This document shows positions 60,154 to 64,000 of a stretch of 64,000 nt of DNA, piece after piece. The stretch's first letter is position 1; every line of letters starts with the position of its first letter. Made by a program: the position numbers and the translations under genes. This DNA comes from Clostridia bacterium (GTDB lineage Bacteria > Bacillota > Clostridia > TANB77 > CAG-508), in contig JAGBAJ010000042.1 in assembly GCA_017939755.1 (NCBI GenBank), positions 31,563 to 95,562 on the forward strand. The letters run 5' to 3'. The notes beneath the pieces were generated by a model that did not search any database, was not told the DNA's origin, and saw only the letters and a program-made list of their open reading frames with translations.

Positions 60154-60846
60154 TTATTTTATAACTTTATACAATAATTGTATATAAGACTCATTTAGTT
60201 TGTTACATTCTATTAATTGTAAAGCCTTAAGCTTATTCAATTCATCACTACTACTAATTGCATCACCATCAATTAATGTTGCAGTATCTCGACCTCCAAC
60301 AAGTATAGGTGCTATTACAATATTTACATAGTCTATTAAGTTATTTCTTAATAATAACCCATTTAAACTTCCTCCAGATTGAATAGTTAATCTATCAACC
60401 TTATATTTTTCAGCTAAATCTTCTAACAATTTGTTTAAATCTAATTCATTATAAAATAATATCTCCAAATTGTCATATTTTTCAATCATTTTATATGCTA
60501 CATGGTTTTTATTAGTAGTAACTAAAAATAATTTTTTAACCCATTTGCATAAGTATTCTATTCCTTTTTCATTTAAATGTGGTTTGTTATCAATAATTAT
60601 AAAACTACATGGAGTTTTATTTGGCTCTTCGGCTCTTTCATTTACTCCAATCTTAGCCATAACCCTACCTGTATTTATAGAAAATAAATCTGTCGTTTGT
60701 TCAATTTCATAATATTGATGCAATCCCTCTTTTACCCCTGGTATTTTACACCAATCTTTGTCTACATCTAACTCATCACTATTTCCACTATTAATTTTTC
60801 CGTCTAGTGATTCTAACATAAATAAAGTAGTTATTGGTTTATTCAT
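60154..60846 (-). CDS. Dihydrofolate reductase family protein (RibD C-terminal-domain-like)
   Basis: 'LFMLESLDGKINSG' N-terminal motif typical of the RibD_C/DHFR-like family; 230 aa. Confidence 0.65.
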   Translation of the reverse strand: MNKPITTLFMLESLDGKINSGNSDELDVDKDWCKIPGVKEGLHQYYEIEQTTDLFSINTGRVMAKIGVNERAEEPNKTPCSFIIIDNKPHLNEKGIEYLCKWVKKLFLVTTNKNHVAYKMIEKYDNLEILFYNELDLNKLLEDLAEKYKVDRLTIQSGGSLNGLLLRNNLIDYVNIVIAPILVGGRDTATLIDGDAISSSDELNKLKALQLIECNKLNESYIQLLYKVIK

Positions 60847-60950
60847 ATATAATATTTACCTCCTAATTAAAATTTTAAATGTTTGTTTTTTATATAATAG
60901 TAAAGAGGACCTCCGCGCAGGAAATCCCCTTTTGTCAGTTAGGCAATAGC

Positions 60951-61271
60951 TTAGTAATTCTGTACTACAGGCATTAACCCAAAAATCTGAGGTCTGCTCT
61001 GATTTATTGCAGAAATAAGAATCTGCACAAACAAAGCAAAAACGTAAATGCTGGAAACTGCACCACATATGGATGCAATAAAACCACCATTAAAAATGGC
61101 ACCTACCAGTCCTGACGCTAATCCTGCAGCTATGCCACAGATTGTTGCGTTTAACGACTGAATAAGGTAGTACTTTGATGATTTGTCTTTACCCATGCTG
61201 TAAATGATTGCGGCTATTATCAGTCCTGGAATACCAAGACATGATATGATGGATGTCATTTTTGAATTCAT
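60951..61271 (-). CDS. Small hypothetical membrane protein (GC-elevated)
   Basis: Start MNSKMTSI with RBS 'GGAAGGAGcgttcaaaATG'; 2-3 TM helices, Gly/Ala-rich. Confidence 0.4.
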   Translation of the reverse strand: MNSKMTSIISCLGIPGLIIAAIIYSMGKDKSSKYYLIQSLNATICGIAAGLASGLVGAIFNGGFIASICGAVSSIYVFALFVQILISAINQSRPQIFGLMPVVQNY

Positions 61272-61492
61272 TTTGAACGCTCCTTCCTGACATTCGTTAT
61301 TGTTTACCCGATTCCGCAAAATCGGTGCTAGCAGCCCTTCTGCTAAGCATGTGTATTATTATAATATACATTTGAAATAATTGCAATATATAACTTTCTA
61401 TTTCATTAGTCTTTAGTAGAATCACCTATTTTTTCAGTGTCCCTAAAATCTTTTTTAGATCTGCTGTTTTTTGAGAGTAGTCCACAAATACA

Positions 61493-62515
61493 TCAATTTT
61501 CCAGTGTTCCAAAAAACATCAATTCTTTTAGAATTTGTACGGCATTTGCGCCAGCACCTTTTCTTGTGTTGTCAGCAACAACCCATAAATTAATTCCTGA
61601 TTTTACGCTATAGTCTCTACGTATTCTTCCTACATACACTTTATCTTGGTTGTTTGTATCTATAGGCATCGGATATACGTTGTTGTCTATATCATCTTTA
61701 ACAACAATTCCAGGAGCTTTTTTTAATGTCTCTATTAAATCATTAATTTCAAATTCTTTTTCAAACTCGATATTAATAGATTCGCTATGTGAATTAAACA
61801 CTGGTACACGTACTGTTGTTGCCGTAATTGGCAAATTAGACCTTTTTAAAATCTTTCTTGTCTCATTTATCATTTTGTGCTCTTCTTTTGTATATCTATC
61901 ATCTGTGAAGTCATCTATGTGTGGTATGCAATTATTAAATATCTCATATGGAAATTTTCTTAATTCGTGCTTAGTATTACCTACATAATGCTCTATAGCA
62001 GACTCTAAATCTTGTATTCCTCCTAAACCTGCGCCAGACACTGCCTGATATGTTGAATATACTACTCTTTTTATTCTATATTCTCTATCAAGTGGACTAA
62101 GTGCTACAACTGCTTGTATTGTTGAACAATTTGGATTTGCGATAATTCCATTATGCCTTCTTGCCTCTTCCATGTTTACTTCTGGAACAATTAAAGGAAC
62201 CTCTTTGTTCATTCTAAAAAAACTGCTATTATCTATAACTATACATTTGTTTTTATTTGCTATAGGAGCATATTTTTCTGCGACCTTTCCTCCTGCTGTA
62301 AAAATTGCATAGTCAAATCCTTCATTAAAAGAGCTTTCTGTTAGTTCTTCTACTACATATTCCCTATTCATAAATGTTATCTTTGTACCAGCAGACTTAC
62401 TAGAAGAAAAGAATTTGTATTCACTTATAGGAAGATCATATTCTTCTAATACATTTCTAGTAACCCTACCTACTACCCCAGTAGCCCCTACTAATGCTAA
62501 TTTATATTTTTTCAT
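61493..62515 (-). CDS. asd: Aspartate-semialdehyde dehydrogenase
   Basis: 'LALVGATGVVGRV' NADP-binding; active-site 'NPNCSTIQ' (Cys nucleophile); 340 aa. Confidence 0.9.
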   Translation of the reverse strand: MKKYKLALVGATGVVGRVTRNVLEEYDLPISEYKFFSSSKSAGTKITFMNREYVVEELTESSFNEGFDYAIFTAGGKVAEKYAPIANKNKCIVIDNSSFFRMNKEVPLIVPEVNMEEARRHNGIIANPNCSTIQAVVALSPLDREYRIKRVVYSTYQAVSGAGLGGIQDLESAIEHYVGNTKHELRKFPYEIFNNCIPHIDDFTDDRYTKEEHKMINETRKILKRSNLPITATTVRVPVFNSHSESINIEFEKEFEINDLIETLKKAPGIVVKDDIDNNVYPMPIDTNNQDKVYVGRIRRDYSVKSGINLWVVADNTRKGAGANAVQILKELMFFGTLEN

Positions 62516-62574
62516 ATATTCACCTAAACCTTTCTATATATTGTATAGATTGAAGCTTGGCTATATTACAATCT

Positions 62575-63786
62575 TTAAAAACTTAAAATTTCGTTATACA
62601 TGTTAATTGCGAAGTTATCGGTCATTCCTGCAATAAAGTCTATAATTGATCTTGAATAGTCGCTCTCATTTAAATAATAAATTACTTTATTTTTTAGGTT
62701 TGTTCCAATTCTATTAGTTGTACTACTATACTTGTATAGCCAATCTTTAAACGATGATATAAGATGTGGATAAAATTTTTCTGCCTTGTCCAAATTATAA
62801 TTCACTACATTCATATCGCTCGAATAAGTTGCTTTTAAAGTATCATAAATACGATTAATTATAATTTTAAAGTATTCATTTGATGCATCCAAACGAGGGT
62901 GTGAATAGATATTTTTATAGTTGAATTCCTTAACTTTATCAATCAACTTAAGCTTTTCCTCTGAAAAGCTTATACCTTTTTCTACACTACTATTATTGCA
63001 TATATCTACAATAAGTTCATATATCAAGTTTGGATTATTTAAAGTTTCTTCACTATGGACCCCCAAAATTTCTTTAAGCTCTTGAATACGCTGCTCATCC
63101 AACAATCCCAAATGTAATGCATCTTCCAAATCTCTACCAATGTATGAAATTTTATCAGAAACTTTAACAACACATGCTTCCCACGTATATGGACTATATT
63201 GATTTGGTTTAGTGTAATTTATAAGATTTATTGGCTCTTCTCTTGGTTTTATAGACCTTTCATCTATCTCTCCGCAATGAGATATAATACCATCTCTAAC
63301 AGCATATGTTAAATTTAAATTTTTAAGCTCTCCTTTATCATCTTCCAGTAGCTCTATATCATCAACAAAATGAACTCCATTTTTTTCGTGCCAAAAAGGC
63401 TCTCCAAGGTCACGCATACATATCTCGTTTAAAACACGCTCTCCTTTATGACCAAAAGGGCTATGCCCTATATCATGGGCAATTGCAATCGCCCTTGTTA
63501 GCTCCGTATTTAGGCCAAGATAACTTGCTATTGTATTACTTATAGAATCTACATAGCTAACATGCTCACTTCTAGTACATACATGGTCACTACTAGGTGA
63601 AAAAAATACTTGCGTCTTATGCTTAAGACGTCTATATGCATTGCAATGTAAAATTCTTGTGTAATCCCTGGCAAACTCACTTCTTAAATCATTTGGTCTT
63701 ATATATATATCCAATTCTCGTTTAATCATACTATCCCAATTTTTATTGCCTTTAAACGCAGCAACACTTTTAAAACTACCTCGCAT
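62575..63786 (-). CDS. dgt: dGTP triphosphohydrolase-like HD-domain protein
   Basis: 'RSEHVSYVD' and 'IAIAHDIGHSPFGH' HD motifs; 'FAGMTDNFA' C-terminal region typical of Dgt-like dNTPases. Confidence 0.8.
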   Translation of the reverse strand: MRGSFKSVAAFKGNKNWDSMIKRELDIYIRPNDLRSEFARDYTRILHCNAYRRLKHKTQVFFSPSSDHVCTRSEHVSYVDSISNTIASYLGLNTELTRAIAIAHDIGHSPFGHKGERVLNEICMRDLGEPFWHEKNGVHFVDDIELLEDDKGELKNLNLTYAVRDGIISHCGEIDERSIKPREEPINLINYTKPNQYSPYTWEACVVKVSDKISYIGRDLEDALHLGLLDEQRIQELKEILGVHSEETLNNPNLIYELIVDICNNSSVEKGISFSEEKLKLIDKVKEFNYKNIYSHPRLDASNEYFKIIINRIYDTLKATYSSDMNVVNYNLDKAEKFYPHLISSFKDWLYKYSSTTNRIGTNLKNKVIYYLNESDYSRSIIDFIAGMTDNFAINMYNEILSF

Positions 63787-64000
63787 ATAATCCTCCTCTT
63801 TAGATTTTACAACTTAATTTTGTTACATTAATATCTTTATTTTATATATCGAATTATATCATATATATTTGCTATTTGGTCAATGTAACCATTATTATTC
63901 TTTTAAATGTCCATTCAATATTTTGATTTTCTTCTTTCTTTCCGTATGGAACAAAAAAAGGCTAGCGGAGAGGTTACACGCCTCTTCGTTGGCCCTTTTT

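Noticed and set aside
63900-64000. GC-rich hairpin 'ggctagcggagaggttacacgcctcttcgttggccc' flanked by A/T runs at the window edge
   Set aside because: This is probably an imperfect bidirectional terminator-like hairpin upstream of dgt. It is truncated by the window end and too little context to call an RNA gene.

Overview
This window is an AT-rich (~27% GC) low-GC Firmicutes chromosome segment, very likely a Clostridium-type spore-former. It carries yabP-yabQ-divIC and an orphan spoVFB, and almost all genes sit on the minus strand. Recognisable housekeeping genes are rho, aspartokinase, prfB (with the classic CUU-UGA-C +1 frameshift site intact), a YqeK-like HD hydrolase, an EndoQ-like PHP protein, pepD, an amino-acid ABC transporter, L-serine dehydratase, secA, rubrerythrin, and dapB / dapA / asd with a dGTPase. 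Between them lie accessory stretches. These include two arrays of GNAT acetyltransferases, P-loop kinases, an APH, a GNAT-cytidine-deaminase fusion, an AbiEi/AbiEii toxin-antitoxin cassette bracketed by 37-nt direct repeats, a DUF4143 AAA-ATPase plus DUF1016 PDDEXK nuclease pair preceded by 3x32-bp tandem repeats, and gene remnants. Several genes or islands have clearly higher GC (~40-45%) and look horizontally acquired. These are an atypically long adenylosuccinate-synthetase homologue, a 35-aa peptide plus 401-aa unknown protein operon, a Cys-rich mini-protein, two secreted proteins, and a small membrane protein. The most striking non-coding signal is a 154-nt element present in three copies. 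Each copy has a different perfect 27-30-bp closing stem around a conserved core (GUUAAGGUGGGGACC ... GYAGYUGGGGCG) whose internal helices covary, which suggests an unannotated structured RNA or a palindrome-targeting element. Other intergenic signals are a cluster of five DnaA-box-like repeats downstream of secA and several families of long palindromic or direct intergenic repeats. No rRNA, tRNA, CRISPR array, integrase or transposase was found.
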